Origin: an uncultured archaeon
GTDB taxonomy: Archaea > Iainarchaeota > Iainarchaeia > Iainarchaeales > CSSED10-239
NCBI GenBank assembly: GCA_964496765.1
Contig: CAZCAP010000003.1
Span: 36,854-68,853, forward strand
Direction: 5' to 3'
DNA: 32,000 nt
Every line of letters begins with the position of its first letter. The stretch's first letter is position 1. Positions 7,715 through 16,305 of the stretch are shown piece after piece. Made by a program: the position numbers and the translations under genes. Under the pieces are notes generated by a model. That model was not told the DNA's origin and did not search any database. It saw only the letters and a list, made by a program, of their open reading frames with translations.

Positions 7715-8596
7715 TTAACTTTTTTTTCGTTTTAGATCTAGTCTTTTGCTATATTTGTATTCCCCTTTGTGAATACCCATTTTTGTTTTCTTTTGATTAT
7801 CTCTATATTTTATTACTCTATCTTCTCTGTATTGTTGTAAATCATTGGAAATAACTCCTGGTCCACCTATGCACCCACCCTTGCAAAAAAGAATGTCTAT
7901 GAACTTGATTTTTTTGTTTTTTTCCATTTCTTTTACTGCCCATGCAATGTTTTTTGGACCATCTACAATTAACACTTCATCAGGAGATAAGATATTTCTC
8001 ACATGCATTGTTTCAGCAACTGCTCCAGATAATGGGTAAATTTTTGTATAGTCATTATACACTTTATCAAAATCTATATCTTTTGTTTTAATATTTGATT
8101 TTTTAAATAATTTGTTTTTTTTAAAATAGTTTATAATTTCAACAAGTTCTGAAAAGGTAATTGCAAAATCTATATCTTTTTTGTTGTTGATTGCTTCTTG
8201 TTTTTTTGCTAAACAAGGGCCAACAAAGATTCTTTTTTGGTTTGGAAGCTCTTTTTTTAAATATCTGCCCATTATAACCATTGGTGATGCAATCTCAATA
8301 AGTTTGTTTTTGTGATGTGGATATTTGTTCTCAATTACTGTTATAATTGTTGGGCAGTTCGAACAAATAAATTGTTTTTTATCTTTTTTTTTAATGCTTT
8401 CCTTAATTATCTCGTGATATTTTCTATTAATAAGCTTTGCTGCAAAGGTTAGTTCTACAATCTTATCAAAACCAATCCCCTTGAGGTCAAAAAGAATGTC
8501 AGGATATTTAAAATCAACAGGAAAAGAAGGAGCAAGAAGGCAAACACACTTCTCAGTTTGTAATGTGTTAACAATATCTAATAAATCTTTATTCAT
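7715..8596 (-). CDS. Stand-alone [FeFe]-hydrogenase H-cluster-domain-like (HydA/Nar1-like) protein
   Basis: 293 aa. Collinear matches to the Fe-only hydrogenase large-subunit core are: LLAPSFPVDF; LKGIGFDKIVELTFAAK (compare LGFDkVFDt.fgAD); FICSNCP (compare TSCCP); ASPMV (compare KSPQQ); VGPCLAKKQEA (compare MPCxxKxxE); SGAVAETMH (compare GGVMEAALR); ILFCKGGCIGGPG (compare MACPGGCxxGGGQP). It has no N-terminal ferredoxin-like domain. Confidence 0.7.
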   Translation of the reverse strand: MNKDLLDIVNTLQTEKCVCLLAPSFPVDFKYPDILFDLKGIGFDKIVELTFAAKLINRKYHEIIKESIKKKDKKQFICSNCPTIITVIENKYPHHKNKLIEIASPMVIMGRYLKKELPNQKRIFVGPCLAKKQEAINNKKDIDFAITFSELVEIINYFKKNKLFKKSNIKTKDIDFDKVYNDYTKIYPLSGAVAETMHVRNILSPDEVLIVDGPKNIAWAVKEMEKNKKIKFIDILFCKGGCIGGPGVISNDLQQYREDRVIKYRDNQKKTKMGIHKGEYKYSKRLDLKRKKS

Positions 8597-8603
8597 AGTT
8601 TAT

Positions 8604-9569
8604 CTATTTTATAAATTTATTATATTTACTCTTCTTATTTTTTAATAACACAATTCTTGATTGTGGCACATCATCAATAATTTTAAAAAGCTTGGATTCT
8701 TTTTCAAGAAGATGTGCATAGTTAGATACATCAGTAAAACTTGGCATATTATCTATTTTTAAATTATTTCTTGATTCTCCAAGAAACATGTATGATTTTA
8801 CTTCAAGAAAATCTGCATTACTTTTCTCAAATAGTTTAATGTATTTTTTAACATATACAGGATTATCATTAAGTCCTTTAATTAAAGTAAACCTAATTAC
8901 TCTTCTTGTTTTTAATTTTGAAACAATGGTCATGGTTTTAAGTAATCTTTCCCAGGCATTCTTTATTTTTGGTCTATTTATTTTTTTGTGGGTTTCTTTG
9001 TCTGGTGCAGAAACAGAAATATATAATTGAGTAGGAAGTGCTTTTTCCTTTTCTAGTTTTTTAAACATCTTTGGTTCTTGCCCATTTGATACAAGGAATA
9101 TACTTTTTATTTCTTTTTTGGTTTTAAGATATTTAATCATTTCTGGTAAATGAGGATAGATTGTAGGTTCCCCAGCAAGAGATATTGCAACATGACTTGG
9201 AATAACTGATTCCTCAAGTAATCTTTTGTTGGAACCATGATATCCAAAAAATCCAGAAAGCAGTTTTTCACGTTCTTTAAATAAACCATCAATTATTTCT
9301 TTTGGGTCATCAAGTTTTTCTTTTATTTCTGGATGTTTCATATTTTCTGCTGGTCTCCAACAAAAAACACAATTTTGATGACACCAGAGTACTGCTGGGG
9401 TTATTTGAGCACATCTATGACAATCAACGTTATAGAATCTTTGTTTATAGCATACTCCTTCGTTTCTTAGTGCTTTTTTGTTCCATTCACATATTTCTAC
9501 AGCAGAATGAGATCCAAAAATACCATAGTGTTTGTGTTTTAAATCTTTAAAAACTTCCTCTTTATTCAT
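8604..9569 (-). CDS. taw1: Radical-SAM tRNA 4-demethylwyosine synthase (Taw1/TYW1)
   Basis: GSHSAVEICEWNKKALRNEGVCYKQRFYNVDCHRCAQITPAVLWCHQNCVFCWRP matches the TYW1 auxiliary-cluster Cys residues plus the CxxxCxxC radical-SAM motif. I prefer the ATG at 9569 (MNKEEVF). The track's 29 extra N-terminal residues translate AT-rich promoter-like DNA. Confidence 0.85.
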   Translation of the reverse strand: MNKEEVFKDLKHKHYGIFGSHSAVEICEWNKKALRNEGVCYKQRFYNVDCHRCAQITPAVLWCHQNCVFCWRPAENMKHPEIKEKLDDPKEIIDGLFKEREKLLSGFFGYHGSNKRLLEESVIPSHVAISLAGEPTIYPHLPEMIKYLKTKKEIKSIFLVSNGQEPKMFKKLEKEKALPTQLYISVSAPDKETHKKINRPKIKNAWERLLKTMTIVSKLKTRRVIRFTLIKGLNDNPVYVKKYIKLFEKSNADFLEVKSYMFLGESRNNLKIDNMPSFTDVSNYAHLLEKESKLFKIIDDVPQSRIVLLKNKKSKYNKFIK

Positions 9570-9704
9570 ATTTGTTTTCCTAGAGTAAATTAAAATAGTA
9601 TTACTATATATAATATGATAGAAATTATTTAAAATAGGGTATGTTTTTAAATACATTTGTGTATTTATATATTATTTTATGGTGATAAATAAAGTGGTGA
9701 TATT

Positions 9705-11225
9705 TTGAAAAAGAAAATTACAAAAACAAAGATTAAAAGACCTATTGCAAAAGTGGCTAGGAAGAGTTCAAAAAAAGTAATCCCACACAAATCTATCAAA
9801 AAGCATGTTTTAGTAAAGCCTGTTGAACATATTCCATTGAAACCAAAACTTGAAAAATTGCACGTTAAGCATAGAGGACTTACAAAAACGCAAAAATGGT
9901 TATTTTCTGGGGTAGTGTTTCTTGTGATCATTATTATACTTCTTGCGTTTCTAATACCACCAACTACTTTTGTAAATCCAGTAATTGATGAAAATATAAC
10001 CACTGATTCAATAGACACTAATTTTTCACCAATAGATTCCAATCAGGTAATGAGTATTGAGCAATTTCAAAATATTTCTTTAGATCTTCAACAGAGGGTT
10101 TATGGTGAAATAAAATCAGAGCAACAAAAGATTATTGCATCACACTATCAGGAGCTTGGCCTTAATTCAGAACAAATAAATTCTTGTGTTTATTTAAATG
10201 ATTTCACAAGATCTGATGTTAATGTTGAAAATTCAAAAATATTATTGAAGATCCAAAAGGACACATATATTGCTCCAATCCTTGGAATATCAGAAGCACC
10301 AGGTATGTTTGTTAATGGTTATTATTTATCAGGAGAACCAACCTATGCTCAACTTAAGGAAAAAATTGATTTTGCATTAGCTGATAGCCCTATTTCTTGG
10401 AACTATGATAATAATAATTATGTATCTAATACAATAGCAAGTCCAACAATCACTATTATCTACAATGAAGACCATGAATTAATTAAAAATAAAACACTAG
10501 ATTTTATTAATTACCTAAAAATATCTGAATCATTAACACCAGAGCTTAGATCTTTCTTTACTGATTTGTTTAAAGAAATTCCAGTTAATTATTATTCATA
10601 CACATCAACAAAGGGAATTAATCTAATTGAGGCACTTGATATTCAGGTAATTCCTGTTATTTATATTGAAGGAGATATAAGTCAACTTCAGGTTATTTCG
10701 AATGTAAATAATAATGAATTGTTTTCATATCTTTTCCTAAAAACAGATGCTGGTGGATATATATTAAACCAGAAAATTGCCTATGATATACTTGTAACAT
10801 CAAAAATTGATTCAGTACATCAGATTATAGATTACTCATTAATTGCAGATAAGGATGATTATATAATTGGAAATAAAGATGCAAAGGTTACACTTTATTT
10901 ATTCTCCAATTATGATTGTCAGGCCTGTGCTGATTTTGAAAACACAAATTTAAATAAATTAATGACTGACTATGTTAACACAAATAAAATAAAATTTGTT
11001 AAAAAGGACTTTATTGTTCGTGAGATGGCTTCTCTCTATCCAACTATATTTGTGAGATGTGCACAGGAGCAAAATAAATATCTTGAAACAAATAAATTGT
11101 TATTTGATTTGAGTGCTGAACTTGGAACTGATGGATTTGTTAAAACTGTTATGGATAGACACCAATCAGAGATAGATTATCTTACAACTGAGTATCAAAA
11201 GATAATTGATGCCCAAAAGAAATGA
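9705..11225 (+). CDS. Membrane-anchored extracytoplasmic protein with several thioredoxin-fold (DsbA-like) modules and one CxxC site
   Basis: 506 aa with a TTG start 4 nt after GGTGA. It has a basic N-terminus and a TM helix (WLFSGVVFLVIIIILLAFLI). The C-terminal module KVTLYLFSNYDCQACADFE carries the DsbA-type CxxC. Earlier modules show LGISEAPGMFVNGYYLSGEPTYAQLKEKI and IQVIPVIYIEGD (cis-Pro strand motifs) without catalytic Cys. Confidence 0.55.
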   Translation: MKKKITKTKIKRPIAKVARKSSKKVIPHKSIKKHVLVKPVEHIPLKPKLEKLHVKHRGLTKTQKWLFSGVVFLVIIIILLAFLIPPTTFVNPVIDENITTDSIDTNFSPIDSNQVMSIEQFQNISLDLQQRVYGEIKSEQQKIIASHYQELGLNSEQINSCVYLNDFTRSDVNVENSKILLKIQKDTYIAPILGISEAPGMFVNGYYLSGEPTYAQLKEKIDFALADSPISWNYDNNNYVSNTIASPTITIIYNEDHELIKNKTLDFINYLKISESLTPELRSFFTDLFKEIPVNYYSYTSTKGINLIEALDIQVIPVIYIEGDISQLQVISNVNNNELFSYLFLKTDAGGYILNQKIAYDILVTSKIDSVHQIIDYSLIADKDDYIIGNKDAKVTLYLFSNYDCQACADFENTNLNKLMTDYVNTNKIKFVKKDFIVREMASLYPTIFVRCAQEQNKYLETNKLLFDLSAELGTDGFVKTVMDRHQSEIDYLTTEYQKIIDAQKK

Positions 11226-11300
11226 ATTAATTTCATTTCTTTTTAATTTTTTAATAAGAAATACCTCTTTTTAAAGTTTCTTATTCTTATATTATATAGT

Positions 11301-11373
11301 GGGCCCGTAGCCTAGTGGATAGGGCAACAGCCTTCTAAGCTGTAGGTCGTGGGTTCGAATCCCACCGGGCTCG
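11301..11373 (+). tRNA. tRNA-Arg (anticodon TCT)
   Basis: 73-nt cloverleaf. Acceptor GGGCCCG/CGGGCTC with one G-U pair, anticodon stem ACAGC/GCTGT with loop CTTCTAA, T arm GTGGG-TTCGAAT-CCCAC, discriminator G. Confidence 0.9.
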
Positions 11374-11416
11374 CTTTTAATTTCGTTTTAATTAAATAAG
11401 GGAATAATGTGGAAAA

Positions 11417-13129
11417 ATGATTGATTACAAGTTAGAGTTTGCAAAGCTTCTAGAAAAAGCAATTTTAAAAGATGAATTTGATTCCTTTAGATTAATTGCA
11501 TTAATTGAAAGACCACCAGAAAAAGCAATGGGTGATTTTTCTTTCCCAACATTTACTTTAGCTAAAGTTTTTAAAAAAACACCTATACTAATATCTGAAG
11601 AATTTGTAAATAAATTAAAAGAAGATGAAGGTACGTTTATTTTTTCTTCTGTTGCTGGTTATATAAATGCGAAAATAAAATCAGAACTTTTATTCTCAGA
11701 AATAATAACAGAAGTAATTTCTAAGGGTAAAGATTATGGAAAACAAGAGCTTGATAGTAATCAATATGTTATTGATACATTTAATGCTAATCCTCTAAAG
11801 GTATTACACATCGGGCATCTTAGAAATATAGTTACTGGTGATGCAATCTATAGATTATTAAAGTTTGTGGGTGCTGATCCAATTCCAGTATCCTATGGAG
11901 GAGATATAGGTACTCACATAGCTAAATGGTATTGGTATTATCAAAAACTAACTCCCGAAGAAAAGAATATTCCAAAAAAGAACGTTTCTAAATGGTTTGG
12001 AAATATATACATCAAAGCTGGACTTCTTTTAGAAACAAATGAAGAGGTTTACAAGAAAGAAATAGATGATCTTCAGGTTAGGATTATGAATGATGAAGCT
12101 CTTCAAAATGAAATAAAAATACTAGTTAAAGAAAGTCATGATGCATATATGGAAGTTGGTTGTGAACTTGGAGTTTATTTAGCAAATAGCTTCTTTGAAT
12201 CAACTGCAGAAAAGGAATTCATGGAAATGAAGGATTTTTTATATAATAACTATAAGGATTTATTTATTGAGAGTGAAGGTGCAATTGTTGCGGATCTAAA
12301 GGACCCAGAGCTTGGTAAATTCATATTAATTAAACAGAATGGAGCACCTCTCTATGGTGCAAAAGATATTGGGCTGGTTAAATTAAAGATGAAGGCATAC
12401 CCTAATTGCCATGATTTTCTATATATCATTGCATCTGAACAGGATTTTTATCTAAAGCAATTATTTGCATTATTTAAATTAATTTATCCAAATACAAATC
12501 ATCAACACATTAGTCATGGGCTTATAAATAGTTTAGAAGGTAAAATGAAATCAAGAGAAGGCAGTATAATTCTCTATGAGGATTTTAGAGATGAACTTTT
12601 TTCTCGTGTCAAGGATGTGTTAGTGGAAAATGGTCTTGATATTGATGAAGAAATTGTTAAGGATATTTCCTTTGGAGTAATTAAATTTGAGATGTTGAAA
12701 ATAGGTGTTAATAAAAACATAGTATTTGATATTGATTCTGCTCTTGATTTGCAAGGAGATTCTGCACCCTATATACAATATAGTGGAGTGAGAGCGAAAA
12801 GCATACTTAAAAAAACAGGAAATACAACAATTAAGATATCTAAGAATGTTGGACAAATTGATTTTAAACAAGAAGAAAGAGATCTTCTATCTGAAATCAG
12901 TTTGTTTAGGGAAAAGGTTGAAGAGGCCCATAGGGAATACAAACCAAATGTGATTGCTACCTATTGTCTATCTTTATCAAGAAACTTTAATAAATTCTAT
13001 GCAGCTTGTCAGGTTTTAGATGAGGATGAGCTAATTAAAAATAATAGGTTATTATTAACAAAGACCTTTTTAATTACCCTAACAAATGCTCTAGCAATAC
13101 TTGGAATAAACATTCCTGATAGGATGTAA
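11417..13129 (+). CDS. argS: Arginyl-tRNA synthetase
   Basis: 570 aa. Class I HIGH region NANPLKVLHIGHLRN. The ArgRS N-terminal additional domain is present, as is a C-terminal DALR-type anticodon-binding domain ending ..PDRM. Confidence 0.9.
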   Translation: MIDYKLEFAKLLEKAILKDEFDSFRLIALIERPPEKAMGDFSFPTFTLAKVFKKTPILISEEFVNKLKEDEGTFIFSSVAGYINAKIKSELLFSEIITEVISKGKDYGKQELDSNQYVIDTFNANPLKVLHIGHLRNIVTGDAIYRLLKFVGADPIPVSYGGDIGTHIAKWYWYYQKLTPEEKNIPKKNVSKWFGNIYIKAGLLLETNEEVYKKEIDDLQVRIMNDEALQNEIKILVKESHDAYMEVGCELGVYLANSFFESTAEKEFMEMKDFLYNNYKDLFIESEGAIVADLKDPELGKFILIKQNGAPLYGAKDIGLVKLKMKAYPNCHDFLYIIASEQDFYLKQLFALFKLIYPNTNHQHISHGLINSLEGKMKSREGSIILYEDFRDELFSRVKDVLVENGLDIDEEIVKDISFGVIKFEMLKIGVNKNIVFDIDSALDLQGDSAPYIQYSGVRAKSILKKTGNTTIKISKNVGQIDFKQEERDLLSEISLFREKVEEAHREYKPNVIATYCLSLSRNFNKFYAACQVLDEDELIKNNRLLLTKTFLITLTNALAILGINIPDRM

Positions 13130-13152
13130 TTTTGGTGTGATTTATTTTGAAA

Positions 13153-13779
13153 ATGAAAACTGAATTTACTGATTTTATATTTGAGGAAATCATAGATAAA
13201 GAACCAATTGACAATCTAGTTAATACATTAACTTCTTTATCAATTAAAACTGTTTATGTGATGAGAGAAATTAAAAATAAATCTGATTTAGCTTTAGAAT
13301 ACATGCTTCCTCCATCTACCACTATTAATTTCAAAAAAGCATACTTATTCTATGATATTTCTTTAATTCCATTTTTCAAAACTAGGAATGAGGATGGAAA
13401 TAAACCATTAATACTTGCCTATGGTGGAGATGTTAAAAAAAACTCAATAATTCTTGAAAAAGAAAGAGGGATAAATATATTACTTAATCCACTTTCAGAA
13501 AAATTATCCTTTGATACTGCATCAACTAATCTTGCAAAAGTAAATAAAATAATTATTGGGTTTAATCTTAATTTGTTTAGAGATAAACCCTATTCTTCAA
13601 TTAAACAAGCAAGATTTATAATTTCTTTACTTATAAAAAATAAGATAGATATGAGATTTTGTTCCTGTGCTAGAAGATTGATTGATCTGGTGGATCCACA
13701 AATCACTGAATCCCTATTATTAAATTTCAAATTAGAAAAGGAAACAAGTAAAAGATTCCTTATGGGTGGGGGATATTAG
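13153..13779 (+). CDS. rnp3: RNase P protein component 3 (Rpp30 family)
   Basis: About 208 aa. The C-terminal pattern IDMRFCSCARRLIDLVDPQITESLLLNF resembles the Rpp30 SSGA..R.P.D motif. It sits immediately upstream of Pop5 in the conserved superoperon. ATG at 13153; the track gives TTG at 13147. Confidence 0.65.
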   Translation: MKTEFTDFIFEEIIDKEPIDNLVNTLTSLSIKTVYVMREIKNKSDLALEYMLPPSTTINFKKAYLFYDISLIPFFKTRNEDGNKPLILAYGGDVKKNSIILEKERGINILLNPLSEKLSFDTASTNLAKVNKIIIGFNLNLFRDKPYSSIKQARFIISLLIKNKIDMRFCSCARRLIDLVDPQITESLLLNFKLEKETSKRFLMGGGY

Positions 13780-13784
13780 ATAAT

Positions 13785-14126
13785 ATGAACTCAAAGAAAA
13801 AGAAGTTGAATGTAATTCCTCCAACATTGAGAGATAAAAAAAGGTATGTTTCATTTAATGTTTCAAGAATAGGACCTGAGATTCAAAATGAAAATGATGT
13901 TTTCAGAATAATTATTAAGAACTTTGAAAAAGTTCATGGATTATTTAAATCAGTTTCTGCAAATATAACAATAATCTCATTTAATAAACAAGAAAAAGAA
14001 ATACTTCTAAGAGTTAATAAGGATAATCTTGATGATTTATTAACTAGCATGTTCTTCCTAAAGGACCAGTTCTCGTTAATTAGCATAAAAACCATTAGCC
14101 AAACAATAAAAAAGAGCAAAAAATAA
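13785..14126 (+). CDS. rnp2: RNase P protein component 2 (Pop5 family)
   Basis: The N-terminal IPPTLRDKKRYVSFNV matches the archaeal Pop5 signature LPPTLRxKKRYIxFxV. Size is 113 aa. Confidence 0.8.
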   Translation: MNSKKKKLNVIPPTLRDKKRYVSFNVSRIGPEIQNENDVFRIIIKNFEKVHGLFKSVSANITIISFNKQEKEILLRVNKDNLDDLLTSMFFLKDQFSLISIKTISQTIKKSKK

Positions 14127-14308
14127 TCATTTCTAAGAATTAATTCAATTCTTCTCTTTGTTACACAAAAATCTAATTTAGGTAAGCTTTTTAATGATTA
14201 TCTCCCATATTATATATTATATAAAGACTATTTTGGTTATTTTAACTAATTTAATTAATTTAAGGAAAAAAGGTGAATAATTTGTTTTCAGTTTCTCAAA
14301 ATAATAAC

Positions 14309-15007
14309 ATGGCACAGGCATATGATAGGTCGATCACAGTTTTTAGTCCTGAAGGACACTTGTATCAGGTTGACTATGCGTCAAAGATTATTGAAAAGGG
14401 GTCTCCAGTAGTAGCAATTTCATATAAGGATGGAATTATTATTGTTGCAGACAAGAAAATATTTTCTTCTCTTATAATTCCTGAATCTGTTGAAAAAGTA
14501 TTTAAGATAGATCAACATGTTTGGGTTGCATGTTCAGGATTAATTGGAGATGGAAGAAGGCTTGTTGATTTTGCAAGACAAATTGCACAGGAGAACAAGA
14601 CCTACTATGATGATCCCATTGAGATTGAAACACTTGTTAAAAAAGTTGCTTCCATTGTTCAATATTATACACAATATGGAGGAGCAAGACCGTTTGGAGT
14701 TTCGATAATTACTGCGGGAATTGATACTCTTGGCAAGCATATCTATGAAACAGAACCAAGTGGAGCAACAACTGCATATAAGGCTGTTGCAATTGGTCAA
14801 AACAAACAAAAATTAATGGCACATCTTGAAAAAAATTATAAAGTAAACATGTCATTTGATGATGCACTTAAGCTTGCAATTAAAACTCTTACTTTAAATT
14901 TAGAGCCAAAGCAAAAGCTTGAAGCAAATAATATAGAAGTAATAAATATTACAGAAGATGAAAGAAAAGCAATAGTTTCACAGGATAAATATTCTAAGTT
15001 GATTTAA
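14309..15007 (+). CDS. psmA: Proteasome alpha subunit
   Basis: MAQAYDRSITVFSPEGHLYQVDYA is the alpha-subunit N-terminal signature. The start is uncertain: ATG 14309, TTG 14282 (6 nt after AAGGTG) or GTG 14273 as in the track. Confidence 0.9.
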   Translation: MAQAYDRSITVFSPEGHLYQVDYASKIIEKGSPVVAISYKDGIIIVADKKIFSSLIIPESVEKVFKIDQHVWVACSGLIGDGRRLVDFARQIAQENKTYYDDPIEIETLVKKVASIVQYYTQYGGARPFGVSIITAGIDTLGKHIYETEPSGATTAYKAVAIGQNKQKLMAHLEKNYKVNMSFDDALKLAIKTLTLNLEPKQKLEANNIEVINITEDERKAIVSQDKYSKLI

Positions 15008-15030
15008 ACATAAATATGAGATGATGTATT

Positions 15031-15519
15031 ATGCCAGGACCAAAACCAGCAACTAGACCAAAATATAGATTAAAAGAAAATTCAAATTTTTTATTAACAA
15101 AGAATTTAGTGAAATCAAGTTCAAAAGTTATTAAAAAAATGAAGGATGTACAAATGAAAACTCCAGAGGGAAGAATTCGTTTGAACAAAACTATTGAGCA
15201 ATCATCACATGCAAAAGCAACTTTGAGAGATTTTATTTTAAGAGATTATCTAAAAGAAAGACTTAAAAAAGCAAATAAATTATATGTGGAAAAAGTATTT
15301 CATGAAATAAATCAAATTCATTTAATTAAAGAAAAATTTATAACTAAAAATAAAGCTAAAGCATATAATGATGTTATAAAAAAAACATTTAAGGATTTAA
15401 GAGGATTCGAGAGTGGTTCAGGGAAAAGTGGTAAATTAATTAGAAAGGAACCAATTGCGGATAATAAAATTTGTGAGTATCTTAGAGAAAGAAGAATAAT
15501 ATTAGAACATACAAATTAG
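15031..15519 (+). CDS. Hypothetical highly basic protein (orphan) inserted in the exosome superoperon
   Basis: 162-aa ORF, MPGPKPATRPKYRLKEN.., K/R-rich and apparently helical. It is co-directional with its neighbours and separated from them by short gaps (23 nt and 29 nt). I recognise no family motif. Confidence 0.5.
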   Translation: MPGPKPATRPKYRLKENSNFLLTKNLVKSSSKVIKKMKDVQMKTPEGRIRLNKTIEQSSHAKATLRDFILRDYLKERLKKANKLYVEKVFHEINQIHLIKEKFITKNKAKAYNDVIKKTFKDLRGFESGSGKSGKLIRKEPIADNKICEYLRERRIILEHTN

Positions 15520-15548
15520 TGAACTAAAAATTTTAATGGGTGATGATT

Positions 15549-16274
15549 ATGTTTTATAAGGGTGAAAAAAATAATGGAAATCTAGAAAACACAGTTGTTG
15601 CTAAATTTAAGAAAGATGGTCACAATTTTGAAATTTTAGTTTATCCTTTTATTGCATGGGATTATAGGCACAATCATCCTGGAGTCACCATTGAACAAGT
15701 TATTGCCTATGATGAAGTATATTCAGATGTTCAAAAAGCAAACACTGCTTCAAAGGAACTATTAATGGAGTGTTTTAATACAGCTGATATTAATAAAATC
15801 GCAGAAAAAATAATTAGAGATGGAGAGGTTCAATTAACAACCGCTCAAAAACAACAATTAACAGAAAAAAAAGAAAAAGAAATAATTGATTACATTGCAA
15901 AGAATGCACATGATCCAAAAGCAAAAACTCCAATCCCTCCACAGAGATTAATTAATGCTTTTGCTGAATTAAAAATAAAAATAAATCTTAATACTCCAAA
16001 AGAAAAAGAAATACAGGAAATACTTGATAAGTTAAAAAGGATTATGCCAATTTCTGTTGAAAAAATAATTGTTGAGGTTGAAGTTCCTGCTCTATATACA
16101 GGAAAGGCATCTGCTGTTATTTTCAAATATGAGGTTGCTGAACAAACCTGGTTAGCATCTGGAGATTTGTTTTGTAAAATAAAAATACCAGCAGGAACTA
16201 AGCAACAGTTGGTGTCTGATCTAAATAACGTAACCCATGGTAACATCGTTATTAGGGTTGAAGGTGCTCAGTAA
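15549..16274 (+). CDS. sdo1: SBDS-family ribosome maturation protein
   Basis: VVAKFKKDGHNFEILVYP matches the FYSH-domain N-terminus, and the length of ~240 aa fits. The ATG at 15549 lies 5 nt after GGTGA. The position before rrp4 is conserved. Confidence 0.8.
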   Translation: MFYKGEKNNGNLENTVVAKFKKDGHNFEILVYPFIAWDYRHNHPGVTIEQVIAYDEVYSDVQKANTASKELLMECFNTADINKIAEKIIRDGEVQLTTAQKQQLTEKKEKEIIDYIAKNAHDPKAKTPIPPQRLINAFAELKIKINLNTPKEKEIQEILDKLKRIMPISVEKIIVEVEVPALYTGKASAVIFKYEVAEQTWLASGDLFCKIKIPAGTKQQLVSDLNNVTHGNIVIRVEGAQ

Positions 16275-16305
16275 ATATTTAAAAAAAATAAGAAGGTTAT
16301 AATTT

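Noticed and set aside
9570-9656. 29-residue N-terminal extension of the Taw1 ORF in the track (MYLKTYPILNNFYHIIYSNTILIYSRKTN)
   Set aside because: It translates AT-rich promoter-like DNA. The conserved Taw1 sequence begins right after the internal ATG at 9569.
11253-11285. Rho-independent-style terminator after the DsbA-like gene
   Set aside because: The perfect 9-bp inverted repeat AATAAGAAA/TTTCTTATT is real. However, its loop contains the TATA-like box positioned correctly for the tRNA-Arg(UCU) promoter. I cannot say whether it is a terminator, a promoter-flanking palindrome or both, so it is not listed as a terminator feature.
15031-15519. Possible phage terminase small subunit, because of the N-terminal MPGPKP motif
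   Set aside because: Only the first six residues resemble the GPKP opening of P27-type small terminases. The rest shows no resemblance I can defend. No other phage genes are nearby, and the ORF sits inside a housekeeping operon.
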